A stretch of DNA of 64,000 nucleotides from Ignavibacteriota bacterium (lineage in GTDB: Bacteria > Bacteroidota > Ignavibacteria > UBA10030 > UBA6906). Within the stretch, counting starts at the first letter, position 1. Every line of letters begins with the position of its first letter. The stretch is taken from positions 1,184,001-1,248,000 of the forward strand of contig CAWDEM010000008.1 in assembly GCA_963801355.1 (NCBI GenBank). The letters run 5' to 3'. The notes beneath the pieces are model-generated. The model made no database searches and was not told the origin of the DNA. It was given only the letters and a program-made list of their open reading frames with translations. The position numbers and the translations under genes are program-made. Of the stretch, positions 1-10,308 are shown one piece after another.

Positions 1-2032
1 CATCATACATTCGTCTTTCCGCATAAATATCACCCATCGAGTCATACACGTTCGCTTCACCCGGTGAGGCGATTGCATAGCGCTTGAGCATCTCGATCGA
101 CTTGTCCCACTCCCCCTTGTCCGCATACATGTATGGAAGGTTGGCCAATGCCAGTCCGTACGTGGGATCAAGCTCCAGAGCATTTTTGAGGATAGCAATT
201 GCCTCGTCGATGTCGATTTTCCAGAGGAGCATTGCCAGACGCCAGAGGAATTCTTTGTCCTGCGGAAATCGTCGCACGCAAAGCCTGGCAAACTCCAGGT
301 CAGTAAGGCCGGGCAATCCCAGCAGTCTAGCGCGCACCGAGCTGTCGGCATACTCGGCTATGTGGTATCTTTCCGTCTCGCTCGCCCTCCCTGCCAGAGA
401 TATAGCCCTATTGGAAGCCTCCTTGGCAGCCCTCGGGTCTTCGCTGAGCACCCCCACCGCCCACCAAGCTATGGCAAAGAGGGAGTCCTTTTGCACTGCC
501 ATCTCCATGAAATGACGCGTGTCAGCGATGTGGAACTTCTCCCACTCCTGCATACCGCGCAAGTAGAGTTGATACGCTTCCATGGAGGTCGTGGTGATCT
601 CTGCCACCGGCCGGATCGTCTCTTCAGTCCGCCGTTCTGATACACCGATTCCCCGGGAGACTTCCCGGCTGAGATCATCGATCTGGTTCTCCAGAAGGCT
701 CTCCACACCTTTCCCGCTGGTAGCATACGTCTTCGCCGTCTCCAGCGTGTTGACATCCACGAGCTTGAGAGTTGTCCGGTACAACTCCCCGGCACTGGCA
801 AATGTCCCCACCGCCATCAGCTGGGCACCTTCCCTCCGACAGATTTCCAGACCAAGCTCGTTGTCCACGTACTCCACATCCTTCTTCCCCATCTGCTTCA
901 ATATGTCTCTCATCCGCTGCCGTGTTGTGACACGGATGTACTTCGACTGCTCCAGGCTGGTAATGATGGCATCCTGAAGAACATTCCGGATATGATCCTG
1001 GGATTTGTCTCCTGTCTGGTTCTCGAAGCTTATGACGGCGATCGTCTTGGGATTGGAGGCCAGGAGTTGATCCTGCACGATGGGCCAGATGACAAACAGA
1101 GCCAGGAGAATCAAAGCCACGGCTGCAAGCGAGATGATGCACTGTTTGATGAATCGTCTTCGCTTCTTTTTCTGTACGGCCTCCGCGGCGGCAATCGTCC
1201 CCCCGGTCTCATCCACTCCCCGTGCCACACGAAGATCGGAGAGGAGTTGTTGCGCGGACTGATACCGCTCTTGCGGGTTCTTTGCCAGGGCCTTCCCGAC
1301 AATCTGCTCCAACGACTCGGGCGCTTCTGTGCGCAGCTCCCGCAGCGGCTTAGGCTCCTCGTTGAGGATCGAATAGACCAGCGCTTGTTCGTAGTCGCTC
1401 TCAAATGGTCTCTTGCCCGTGAGCATCTCGTAGAGTGTCACGCCAAGCGACCAGATGTCGGTGCGGCTATCCAATGCCTCGCTCCGCGCCTGCTCCGGCG
1501 ACATGTAGGCCGCAGTCCCCATCGTTGTCCCGGTCTTGGTCAGCAGTGTCCGACCGGAAAGCTTGGCCAGACCGAAGTCCAGGATCTTCACCTCGTCGTG
1601 TGCCGTGAGTATGATGTTGGCGGGTTTGATGTCACGGTGGACAATCCCCGCCTCATGGGCACGGGAAAGTCCCGAGGCAACCTGGATGGCAATGTCCATC
1701 GCCTGATCGATCTCCAGGGGTCCCCGCTCGATCTTCCTCTTCAGAGTCTCCCCATCATAGCAGGCCATTGCAATGAAGAGCTGCCCATCGGCCGTTTCAC
1801 CGATCTCATGAATGTTGCAGATATTGGGGTGGTCAAGTGCCGAAGCGGCTTGGGCTTCGTGGCCGAACCGTTCTTTGGCGTCGGGATCGGTGTTGAGGGA
1901 AGGAGGGAGGAACTTCAGGGCGACAGGGCGGTCGAGCGTGAGGTCCTGGGCCTTGTAGACCACGCCCATTCCGCCGCCGCCGAGGCGCTCGATGATCTTG
2001 TAGTGGGAGATCGTCTGACCGATGAGCATCAT
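1..2032 (-). CDS. Hanks-type Ser/Thr protein kinase with TM helix and TPR region (3' end runs off window)
   Basis: Hand translation from ATG 2032/2029 gives MMLIGQTISHYKIIERLGGGGMGVVYKA, VALKFL, HRDIKPAN, DFGLAK, YMSPEQ, then a hydrophobic helix, IAVISFENQTGD and TPR-like ALELDPTYGLALANL. The frame appears open to position 1 and is missing from the ORF track because it has no stop in the window. Confidence 0.93.
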   Translation of the reverse strand, partial: MMLIGQTISHYKIIERLGGGGMGVVYKAQDLTLDRPVALKFLPPSLNTDPDAKERFGHEAQAASALDHPNICNIHEIGETADGQLFIAMACYDGETLKRKIERGPLEIDQAMDIAIQVASGLSRAHEAGIVHRDIKPANIILTAHDEVKILDFGLAKLSGRTLLTKTGTTMGTAAYMSPEQARSEALDSRTDIWSLGVTLYEMLTGKRPFESDYEQALVYSILNEEPKPLRELRTEAPESLEQIVGKALAKNPQERYQSAQQLLSDLRVARGVDETGGTIAAAEAVQKKKRRRFIKQCIISLAAVALILLALFVIWPIVQDQLLASNPKTIAVISFENQTGDKSQDHIRNVLQDAIITSLEQSKYIRVTTRQRMRDILKQMGKKDVEYVDNELGLEICRREGAQLMAVGTFASAGELYRTTLKLVDVNTLETAKTYATSGKGVESLLENQIDDLSREVSRGIGVSERRTEETIRPVAEITTTSMEAYQLYLRGMQEWEKFHIADTRHFMEMAVQKDSLFAIAWWAVGVLSEDPRAAKEASNRAISLAGRASETERYHIAEYADSSVRARLLGLPGLTDLEFARLCVRRFPQDKEFLWRLAMLLWKIDIDEAIAILKNALELDPTYGLALANLPYMYADKGEWDKSIEMLKRYAIASPGEANVYDSMGDIYAERRMYD

Positions 2033-2216
2033 TTGTGGAAGTGTCAGACTGTTCCGAAAGACTCTCTGACAGAATGCGGAACATGACAGCCCACGTTCGA
2101 GGAGGGAGTGCAGATGGAGTCAAGGATCAGGTGCGCTTCCAGGTCTGACGCGGGAAGCCCCGCATTCGACCCTCTTTAAGGTTGGCGGAAATATACGCTA
2201 AAGAATGTCAAATGTA

Positions 2217-2260
2217 TGTAGACAAATGCTGAAAGTTCGTGTAGGAATTTTCCTACACGA
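2217..2260. promoter_or_regulatory. Palindromic operator-like site TCGTGTAGGAA-TT-TTCCTACACGA plus upstream half-site
   Basis: Perfect 11-2-11 inverted repeat at 2237-2260, with a degenerate TGTAGA copy 23 bp before it. Homologous to 19546-19670. Confidence 0.55.
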
Positions 2261-2344
2261 TTTCACCTCATAGAAAGGTCGTTTGAAGCCCTTTCTACCT
2301 CATTTCCCCTCCTTTTTCACTCCCCCAGAAACCCAACATCAAAT

Positions 2345-2410
2345 CGTTTCCTGTTCTCCATCCTGGAGAAGGCCAACTCGCTGACCGAGCGTGTTGAGAA
2401 CTGACAACTG
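2345..2410 (-). pseudogene. Orphan fragment of a T9SS C-terminal sorting domain
   Basis: Reads QLSVLNTLGQRVGLLQDGEQET, matching VFNMLGQQIGLLQNGEQEAG (about 21250-21300) and VFNTLGQQVALLQDGGQEAG (about 5735-5790). It lies just past the kinase stop, in a different frame. Confidence 0.75.
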
Positions 2411-2421
2411 ACCGCCGACTT

Positions 2422-5400
2422 CTATCCTCGTTTCAACTTGGCCAATCTCGCCCTTGCATCCGCCGGCTCCTTGTAGATCGGGTCGGCCTTTCCCCAGATC
2501 TTCAGAAATTTCGTGTACTTCTCGATCGCCTTCTCCTTCATCCCTTTCTGTTCGTACAGGTTGGCGAGACAATAGTAGTATCGGGGGATGATGGGACACA
2601 GGTAATCGATCTTCTTGTCCACAGCCCATTCGTACGCGATGATGGCGCTGTCGAGCATCCTACGCTGCAGAAAGGCCTGCGGCACAATGTCGGAGGGTGC
2701 GGGCACCCAGAACGCCTGCATGTTAAGCGGCCTTGGACCGTCCCAGGGGTGGCCAGGTCTGCTCGCCAAGCCGTGCGACCGTTCGAGTTCTGTCGGCCAG
2801 CTCAGGCATCCCTCACCCCAGTTTGCATCGATCTCTCCAGGTCGTCCTGCAGCAAGAAGGTATCCCGCTCTCAATGCCTTCCCGTAGAAGTTGAACTGCA
2901 GTGGAATCTCGATGGAATCAGTAAAACCTCTGGCCAGCTTGGCCGTCGATCCCATTTCTGCAAGGCGGGCTTCGACAGAATCCATCTTCCCCTGCTTCAG
3001 ATCGACAAGTCCCAAGCAGTACTCCACGAACATTCTGTTCATCGGGGCTTCTTCCGTGGGGGGATACTTTTGCGCCCATCTCTGCAACAGGGTCCGGGCT
3101 TTGTCCCAAGCCCCGCGCTCGTATGCAATCCAGGCCTCCAGCCAATGCACGTCTGGGGACTTTTCCAAGCCGCGAAGTTCCCTTTCAGCTTCGTTCATCC
3201 GTCCCAGCCACACAAGGGTGTAGGCTCGCCACCAGGGATCTCGGACCCGATCAAACCAGGCAATCGCCTCATCGTACTCTTCCTTCAGGAAATGGAGTTG
3301 ACCGATCGTTGCATCTACGCCACGGATGCGTTTGGGATCCACCTCGGACGCTCTCTCAAACTGAGCAATGGATTCATCAAACCTTCCTGCGTACCAGAGA
3401 CATTCTCCCATGGTGTCGAAAGGTTCTGCTTCTCCCGGGGCGTAAAGGGAGTACTGCCTGCATGCTTCGATCGCCTTCTCGATCTGGTTGGACCACAGAT
3501 ACGCATACGCCAGCAAATTCCAGGACTGAAGGATCACGGGAGCTGCTGCAGTGAAATGTTCGGCGGCTTCGGTGAAGCGCCGCCGGAACAGCAACAAAAA
3601 GCCTAGGTTTTGGTGAGCCCATGCATCGTCGGGGAATCTCTGCAAGCATGTCTGCCAATACGCAATCCAGTTCGTCTTCACAGGTTCTCCTATGAGCTTC
3701 GCCTGAAGTATCGGATCGTACGGGGCAATATGCCATTGCTCCCGTTCCGATGCTCGAGATGCGTACTGGACCGCTCGCTGGATCGCCGGTTGTATGCCGC
3801 TCGTGTCTCCTGAGTCAAACTTTGCGACATAGTGGCGTGCCCAGGAGAGGAAGCGCCATCCAGAGGCGAACGTTGAATCGTATTTGACGGCCAGCGCGAA
3901 ATTGCGTTCTGCTTCTCTATAGTGCAGCCTCGCATACTCGTACTCTCCGCGCACATAAAAATTGTAGGCGTCTGTCGAACTCGTTGTCACCTGCTGGACA
4001 GGCTTCAATGACGCCCCCGTGCTCCACCGGGATACGCCAAGACCTCGGGAGATCTGCTTTGCGAGTTCATCGACTTGCGTCATCAGGATACTTTCCACAC
4101 CGTGACCATTTGCGCGGAGCGATTGCATCAACGGCGCTCCGTTATTCACATCGACGACCTGGACGTTGGTCAGAAACAAATTTCCCGCCTTCGTAAACGT
4201 TCCCACGCCGAGCGCGTGAACGCCAGCCCTGCGACAGAGCTCAAGGCCGGTCTCCTTGTCGATGAAATCGAGATTTCCTTTCCCCATCCCTGTCAAGAGC
4301 CCGCGAATCCGGTCCCATGTCATCACCCGGAAGAATTTCGATTCGTCCAGACTTGCGGTCAGGAGACTGGGGATTGAGGTCTGCAGATTGTCATATGACC
4401 TGTCACCTGTCTGGTTCTCAAAGCTCATGAAGGCGATCGTCACCGGGTTCGATGCGATGGCTTGATCCTGAAAAAGCGGCGCCAGGATGAATGCGCCTGC
4501 GACGAGCACGAGAATTACAGCTCCGGCGACGGCGAATCCGCGGACGTGCCTCTTCCTTCTCTTTCTTTCCATCGCCTCCGCGACTGCAATCGTGCCGCCT
4601 GTGTCCGCTGTACCGCGGGTGATTTTCAGATCCGACAACAGCTCATTGACCTTTTGATAGCGTTCCTCTGGGTTCCTGGCGAGGGCTTTGGTAACGATCT
4701 GATCAACGACTTCGGGGATTTCGCTTCTCAACGACCTGGCCGGCTTTAGCTCTTCATTCAATATCGAATACACAAGGGCTTGCTCGTAGTCGCTCTTGAA
4801 GGGGAGTTGCCCGGTGAGCATCTCATACAGCACAACCCCCAGCGACCAGATGTCCGTCCTGTGATCGACGGGCTCGCCCCGTGCCTGCTCGGGGGACATG
4901 TAGGCCGCTGTGCCCATAGTACTCCCGGTCTTTGTCAGCATCGACTGCCCGGAAAGCTTGGCCAGACCAAAATCGAGTATCTTGACCTCGCTATGGTTCG
5001 TGATGAAGATGTTCGCCGGTTTGATGTCGCGGTGAACGATGCCCGCCTCATGGGCTCGCGCCAATCCCTCAGCGATCTGGATCGCGATATCCAGTGCGAG
5101 ATCAATGTCCAGAAAACCCTGTTCTATGGTCTTCTTCAGTGTCTGGCCTTCATAGCAGGCCATGACGATGAACATCTGACCGTCGTCGGTGTCGCCGATT
5201 TCGTGGATGGTGCAGATGTTGGAGTGGTCCAGGGCCGAGGCAGCGCGGGCTTCGTGGATGAAGCGTTCTTGCGCTCCGGGGTCAAGGGTGAGAGTAGGAG
5301 GGAGGAACTTTAGTGCGACGGTTCGTTTGAGTGTGGTATCCTCGGCCTTGTAGACGACTCCCATGCCGCCTTCGCCGAGCTTTTCGAGGATCTTGTAGTG

Positions 5401-5430
5401 GGATAGTGTATTGCCGATGAGGGATGCCAC
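2422..5430 (-). CDS. Hanks-type Ser/Thr protein kinase with TM helix and TPR region
   Basis: GEGGMGVVYK, HRDIKPAN, DFGLAK and YMSPEQ motifs, TM AVAGAVILVLVAGAFILAPL, TPR repeats. Start moved to GTG 5430, which follows GGAGG. Confidence 0.94.
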   Translation of the reverse strand: MASLIGNTLSHYKILEKLGEGGMGVVYKAEDTTLKRTVALKFLPPTLTLDPGAQERFIHEARAASALDHSNICTIHEIGDTDDGQMFIVMACYEGQTLKKTIEQGFLDIDLALDIAIQIAEGLARAHEAGIVHRDIKPANIFITNHSEVKILDFGLAKLSGQSMLTKTGSTMGTAAYMSPEQARGEPVDHRTDIWSLGVVLYEMLTGQLPFKSDYEQALVYSILNEELKPARSLRSEIPEVVDQIVTKALARNPEERYQKVNELLSDLKITRGTADTGGTIAVAEAMERKRRKRHVRGFAVAGAVILVLVAGAFILAPLFQDQAIASNPVTIAFMSFENQTGDRSYDNLQTSIPSLLTASLDESKFFRVMTWDRIRGLLTGMGKGNLDFIDKETGLELCRRAGVHALGVGTFTKAGNLFLTNVQVVDVNNGAPLMQSLRANGHGVESILMTQVDELAKQISRGLGVSRWSTGASLKPVQQVTTSSTDAYNFYVRGEYEYARLHYREAERNFALAVKYDSTFASGWRFLSWARHYVAKFDSGDTSGIQPAIQRAVQYASRASEREQWHIAPYDPILQAKLIGEPVKTNWIAYWQTCLQRFPDDAWAHQNLGFLLLFRRRFTEAAEHFTAAAPVILQSWNLLAYAYLWSNQIEKAIEACRQYSLYAPGEAEPFDTMGECLWYAGRFDESIAQFERASEVDPKRIRGVDATIGQLHFLKEEYDEAIAWFDRVRDPWWRAYTLVWLGRMNEAERELRGLEKSPDVHWLEAWIAYERGAWDKARTLLQRWAQKYPPTEEAPMNRMFVEYCLGLVDLKQGKMDSVEARLAEMGSTAKLARGFTDSIEIPLQFNFYGKALRAGYLLAAGRPGEIDANWGEGCLSWPTELERSHGLASRPGHPWDGPRPLNMQAFWVPAPSDIVPQAFLQRRMLDSAIIAYEWAVDKKIDYLCPIIPRYYYCLANLYEQKGMKEKAIEKYTKFLKIWGKADPIYKEPADARARLAKLKRG

Positions 5431-5576
5431 GGCAGCTCCTCCCCTCCGGGATGTGTGTGCCGGCAACATACGCCGGAGAAGGGGAAAATGCAAGGGTGTC
5501 TGATTTGTAGATTACGCGATTGTACCTCATCCGAAAATCACACAACTGCTTCGTAAATTTCGAGAACAACTCGCCG

Positions 5577-8500
5577 TTATCGGAGCAAGACAAGCTTGCG
5601 AGTCAGTACGAACGACCCTGCTCCGCTTTTGGAGTCACGCCCGACGGCGGAGTCCAGAGGGCGGGCCTGAATCCTGTAGAAATAGACTCCGCTCGATAGC
5701 CCGTTCCCCTCGAACCTGACCTCATGATACCCTGCTTCCTGTCCCCCATCCTGAAGAAGGGCAACCTGCTGGCCCAGTGTGTTGAATACTGTCAAACTCA
5801 CATGCGAGCGACTAGGCAGACCGTAGCGGATTGTCGTCGAGGGGTTGAATGGGTTGGGGTAGTTCTGCATCATCCCAAAGGCTATCGGTTGCAGGGTTTC
5901 CCCTACTTCTGTCGTGCCTGTATTGCTTCCCCTCGGCGTTGGAGAACTGAAAGTGCTCCAGGTTCCAGCTCCATCAGGAGATCGACCATACGACCTATTG
6001 GTTGATTGAGCGGAGAATGTCAGTGAGTCAATGAAGACCACGCCCGCATCCAACGACTGCGCCATCCCGATCTGTTCTGCGGTGCGATCCAGTTTAAACG
6101 CAAGGTGAAGCACTCCTTGCGTCACCTGATCGTCCGCCCAGAGAACGAGATATCCCTTCGCGGGGATTGTGGTCAGCTGAGGATCGGTGCGTGGAATGAG
6201 ATGCTTGGTCGGCTTGCTGAAATTGTCGGTGAAGTACAATCCTCCAATGTTGATGGGAAACGTATTGCGGTTGTAGATCTCAATCCAGTCGTCGTACTCC
6301 CCCGATTCATCAGCAAGCACAGCATCATTGTCTGCCATGAATTCGTTGACGAAAAGACCCGAGATCGGAACTGAATTCCCGGATCGTCCGGGTGTTCCAC
6401 CTTGTGCATAGCTCGGGCGCCAACTGCTGGATACCATGTTTTCCAACGAAGGAAGGTCTAATTCAAGAGAAGGTCCCGTGCCATCCGGCTCGGTGGGCCA
6501 GAACTCCCTGTTGTGGTAGTTCACGAAATCAATCAGCGTGCCGGCGCCATCGCTGAGAGAAATAGAACCTGTTCGTTGTGGCAGGGTGCCTGCACTCCAC
6601 TGAACGACCGGAAATCCTCTCCCCTCGTACATCGAACTGTTCCTGGCAATGACAATGAACCCGCCGCCGGGCACAGTAACGTTGCCAAACGTGTGCTCAA
6701 TGCTCCCCGTGAGCCGGTACCCGGCGAGATTGAGTCCTGACGGACTGATATTCTTCATTTCGACGAATTGAAAACTCTCTCCCTCAACCGGGTGGTAGTG
6801 GATTTCGTCGATGATCAATGCGTTGGTCTTTTGTGCATCATAGGGATAGGCCCCGAGATCAGGTAATGAACCATCCGGGTCGGCCGGCAACAACGGGTTT
6901 CCGCTATTGATTGCGGGGGAGGTGGGAGAAAGATACAGGTCGTTCAGAAACAGTGGCTCAGCTTTCTGATTGTACAGTCCGGGCAGGATATCCGTATTGC
7001 TGAGGCAATAGGAGAGGGTAATGCTCGAAAGGCCATCAACCAGAATTGGCGATTCAACACTGCTGGCGATGATAGAGTTCACGACGTCCGCCCGGCCTCC
7101 ACCATGGCCAAGAATCTTCTCATAGCACGCGACACCGACGTGATTGGCATAAAATGTATTCTGCTCAATCTGTGCATGAGAATCGAAATCCTTGACTGCA
7201 ACACCCATCCCGCAATTCGCAATGACATTTCGTCTGATCAACGCTGTCGAGCCCTGCCCCACCGACACTCCTTTGTCTAGAATATTGAAAATGACGTTCT
7301 GCTCGATAAGGATATCCCTGGCGCCTTCACCCAAATCGATGGCATCGCTGTTGAATCCGTAGATCCCGTAGATCCGATTGTTCCGGATGGCTCCGCTGTG
7401 TACGCTGTCATAGTCGATACCGTCGGAATCGAATCCCTCATCCCCCATCAAATCGCAATTCTCCGTAAGTGCAAAGTCAGCCTGCTTGATATTGATCAGA
7501 TCTCCCGCGGAGGTTGAATGAAGACGGCAATGGTCAAGTGTCACAGAGCCATATCGGATGAAGACGGGCATCAGAACATTGTCCACATTAAGGTTCCGTA
7601 CGGAGAAGCGGGAGTTGTATCCCGACACCGCAGCACGGTCCCGAGCAAAGTCAGGGCCCTTCGTGGCCCCGATGATTGTCAGATCAGACACCACAGATGA
7701 ATCCGTCGCGTTCACAAAACAGAGTGCTCCCCAGCTCGGCGCATGTTCGTTTGGCGAAATGACGACCGGGTTTGCCTGCGTGCCTTCCACCAGAAGCCTC
7801 CCCTGAATCATAAGGCTTGCCCCCTCGGGCATGAGCAAGCGGACCCCTTCCGTGATGCGGAGCGTCACTCCGGAGTCGACAACGACATCGGTTTTCGCAT
7901 AATAGGGTGCATGCGCTTGCGTCAACACAGTGTCTCGCGAAATTCGCCCTGGGATGCCGGTAACTGTAGCTTCTTCAAAGACGGCGGAGATGGAAAGGGT
8001 GTCCTGCAAGGTGACAACATCCACCGAGTTCTCAGTCGTTTGCGGGATCCCTTCCCATCGTACAAAGCGATAACCGATCTCCGGTATGGCTTCCAGCTTT
8101 GTTGGAACACCTTTGAAGTAGACGTGGCCGGACTGTTGCATGATATTTTCTGTGTTGTTCACCCGCAGGCGCCCCATTCCGGGGCCGACAATCGTGAAGT
8201 TTAGGATGCACGTGCCACCAAGCTGGAAGTATTCGCTGATGTGCTGACGCTGATAGAAAGGTCGATTACGGGCAAACGTCCTCAACACATTGACATTGGC
8301 ACGCCAGGCGGAATAGTCCGGAATGGGGTTGCCGAAGTATGGTTCGCCGTCTTTCCAGCGCTCAATGTGCCGGGGCATTTCAGTGCTGAGCCGATTCTCG
8401 AATTGATCAATGAGCGAAACAACCGTATCCGGATGGAACACGGTGTTCAGGTAGCTGACACATCGTTGGATGAATCTCGTTTTGAATTCATCATTTTGCA

Positions 8501-10232
8501 GTAGCTTTCTGAAGAGAAGAGTGGACCAGAGGGGTGGAACATACCGGTCACTGAAATTGGACGAAGTAGCAAACCGAAGCGTGTTGTTGGAATATCCTCT
8601 TGAACGAATATTGGGCATCCCGAAGCCATAGTCGGTGTCTTGCAGAATCCACCGCCAGCGCCCGCCCGGTCTTCGCTCCCGCCACATGCGAACGTTTTCG
8701 TCCGCCCAGAATACATTGTCGCAATAGATCTCGGTAATCTGATAATTGAGGTATTCATCCACATCCATCCAGGTTTCCAGGTGTCGATAGTTGGCCGTCA
8801 CGGACAGGTCAGTACCCGAAATGTATTCAAAGAAAGCATCGTAGTTGTCCCCGTGGCCTTCCATGACGGTAGGCGTGATCTCCGTCTCATACTCGAGCAT
8901 ATCCACGTCATCAGGATTGACGTTATGGAGAGTACCAACATAGAATCGATCGGTCTTATCCCGGATATTGTAGATACCCCAGTATTGCGCATTCAGGAAC
9001 ACGACAGTCGGTCGATATGCCTGACAATCGATATCGATCTTGTTCAATACGAGAGAGTGTATCAGCGCATCGCGAAAGAAGGTGCTTCTGTTGTCCGGCA
9101 CTCCTGCATTGCGGAGATACAGAGACCTATATGTGTCCACCTTCCACTGGGGGAACACCTGATACGTGATGGCCTCGGTACCGAATCTGTCGTCGGCAGC
9201 CACCGTAAACGATTTCTGGGGATACAGAAGCGAAGCCTGACCGCTGAGCGCGAGTGAGGCATCGAGACCGAATCCTGCTGTTTTCCCCTCGGTAAAGAAA
9301 TCAACATGAACGGGTATTTCCCGACTCTTAAAATTATGCTCGTAGATTCCGATCTGCTGATCCCAGAGAAGCTCCGGAGGCGTCGACAACGACATGACAG
9401 GAAGTGTGGAGCCGTCATTGATGACGAACGTCCTGGTCACGATCACACTTGGGATCGTATTCTGCTGGAATGCCCTGGCTTTGAGAATGGTTGTCGTGCC
9501 GATACTCAGCGGAGTTGAGTAGAGGGGGGATGCACTGGTCGGTTTTGAACCATCCAGAGTGTATCGAATCTCTCCTGTTCCGGATGCCGTGTGCATTGTT
9601 ACGGTCTGGTTTCCCACGAAGAGCCCACTTTCGAGAGAAACTGTGGGGGGATCAGCATACACAATACTTAATATCCCTTCAGATGTATTGGAAACTGCGG
9701 GAGTTGGTTCTCCAAAGTAGAACCAGTTTGTCGATCCATCGGGTTTGCGCCCGACAGAGATGTCTCGTTCCTGCACGCCAAAGCTCAGGGAGTCGATGAA
9801 GACGCTATCAGGACCTACAAGCCCTATAAACTCTCCTGCTTTATCCAATTTGAAGTTCAAATGACAGTAGCGTGTAGTAAAGGTATCATAGGGATAGTAC
9901 GATCGCTGGAGTTCCTTACCTGGCACCTCATCGTAGTCGTCCGTCCAGATGAGCAAAAATCCTTTCGCGCGAATGATCGTTGGAGCAGGAAATTCCCATT
10001 TGTGTCGATTACCGGGATTATCCGTGACGAAGTATCCTCCAATGTCGACATCCACGTCACCGGCATTGTAGAGCTCAATCCAGTCAGAGAAATCGTCAAA
10101 GTCTACAATATCAGCGTTGGTCGTGACATTGGAGGCCAGGAATTCATTGATGAACAGTTTGGGGGATTCCTGTGCTCCGACAGGTGAAGCCCAAAGAAAC
10201 ATCAGAACCAAAAAGAATGCTTGAATTCTCAT
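5577..10232 (-). CDS. Secreted CotH-family kinase with lamin-tail domains, Fn3-like domain, right-handed beta-helix and T9SS CTD
   Basis: Signal peptide; LTD motifs INEFLASN/DWIELYN (three LTD-like units); YTLDGSKP; CotH-type NAQYWGIYNIRDK and WRWILQDTDYGFG; beta-helix DGIDYD/DAIDLGE/DKGVSVG; CTD QNYPNPFNPSTTIRY. Confidence 0.88.
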   Translation of the reverse strand: MRIQAFFLVLMFLWASPVGAQESPKLFINEFLASNVTTNADIVDFDDFSDWIELYNAGDVDVDIGGYFVTDNPGNRHKWEFPAPTIIRAKGFLLIWTDDYDEVPGKELQRSYYPYDTFTTRYCHLNFKLDKAGEFIGLVGPDSVFIDSLSFGVQERDISVGRKPDGSTNWFYFGEPTPAVSNTSEGILSIVYADPPTVSLESGLFVGNQTVTMHTASGTGEIRYTLDGSKPTSASPLYSTPLSIGTTTILKARAFQQNTIPSVIVTRTFVINDGSTLPVMSLSTPPELLWDQQIGIYEHNFKSREIPVHVDFFTEGKTAGFGLDASLALSGQASLLYPQKSFTVAADDRFGTEAITYQVFPQWKVDTYRSLYLRNAGVPDNRSTFFRDALIHSLVLNKIDIDCQAYRPTVVFLNAQYWGIYNIRDKTDRFYVGTLHNVNPDDVDMLEYETEITPTVMEGHGDNYDAFFEYISGTDLSVTANYRHLETWMDVDEYLNYQITEIYCDNVFWADENVRMWRERRPGGRWRWILQDTDYGFGMPNIRSRGYSNNTLRFATSSNFSDRYVPPLWSTLLFRKLLQNDEFKTRFIQRCVSYLNTVFHPDTVVSLIDQFENRLSTEMPRHIERWKDGEPYFGNPIPDYSAWRANVNVLRTFARNRPFYQRQHISEYFQLGGTCILNFTIVGPGMGRLRVNNTENIMQQSGHVYFKGVPTKLEAIPEIGYRFVRWEGIPQTTENSVDVVTLQDTLSISAVFEEATVTGIPGRISRDTVLTQAHAPYYAKTDVVVDSGVTLRITEGVRLLMPEGASLMIQGRLLVEGTQANPVVISPNEHAPSWGALCFVNATDSSVVSDLTIIGATKGPDFARDRAAVSGYNSRFSVRNLNVDNVLMPVFIRYGSVTLDHCRLHSTSAGDLINIKQADFALTENCDLMGDEGFDSDGIDYDSVHSGAIRNNRIYGIYGFNSDAIDLGEGARDILIEQNVIFNILDKGVSVGQGSTALIRRNVIANCGMGVAVKDFDSHAQIEQNTFYANHVGVACYEKILGHGGGRADVVNSIIASSVESPILVDGLSSITLSYCLSNTDILPGLYNQKAEPLFLNDLYLSPTSPAINSGNPLLPADPDGSLPDLGAYPYDAQKTNALIIDEIHYHPVEGESFQFVEMKNISPSGLNLAGYRLTGSIEHTFGNVTVPGGGFIVIARNSSMYEGRGFPVVQWSAGTLPQRTGSISLSDGAGTLIDFVNYHNREFWPTEPDGTGPSLELDLPSLENMVSSSWRPSYAQGGTPGRSGNSVPISGLFVNEFMADNDAVLADESGEYDDWIEIYNRNTFPINIGGLYFTDNFSKPTKHLIPRTDPQLTTIPAKGYLVLWADDQVTQGVLHLAFKLDRTAEQIGMAQSLDAGVVFIDSLTFSAQSTNRSYGRSPDGAGTWSTFSSPTPRGSNTGTTEVGETLQPIAFGMMQNYPNPFNPSTTIRYGLPSRSHVSLTVFNTLGQQVALLQDGGQEAGYHEVRFEGNGLSSGVYFYRIQARPLDSAVGRDSKSGAGSFVLTRKLVLLR

Positions 10233-10308
10233 CAGTCTTCTCCTGGATGGCAGTAGCTCTCGTTCCCCTCGGTGGAGGCTTTACTATCGAGTCTCCTCCA
10301 TGGAGGCT

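Noticed and set aside
992-2086. 364-aa plus-strand ORF (and 4780-5313)
   Set aside because: Antisense shadows of the kinase genes.
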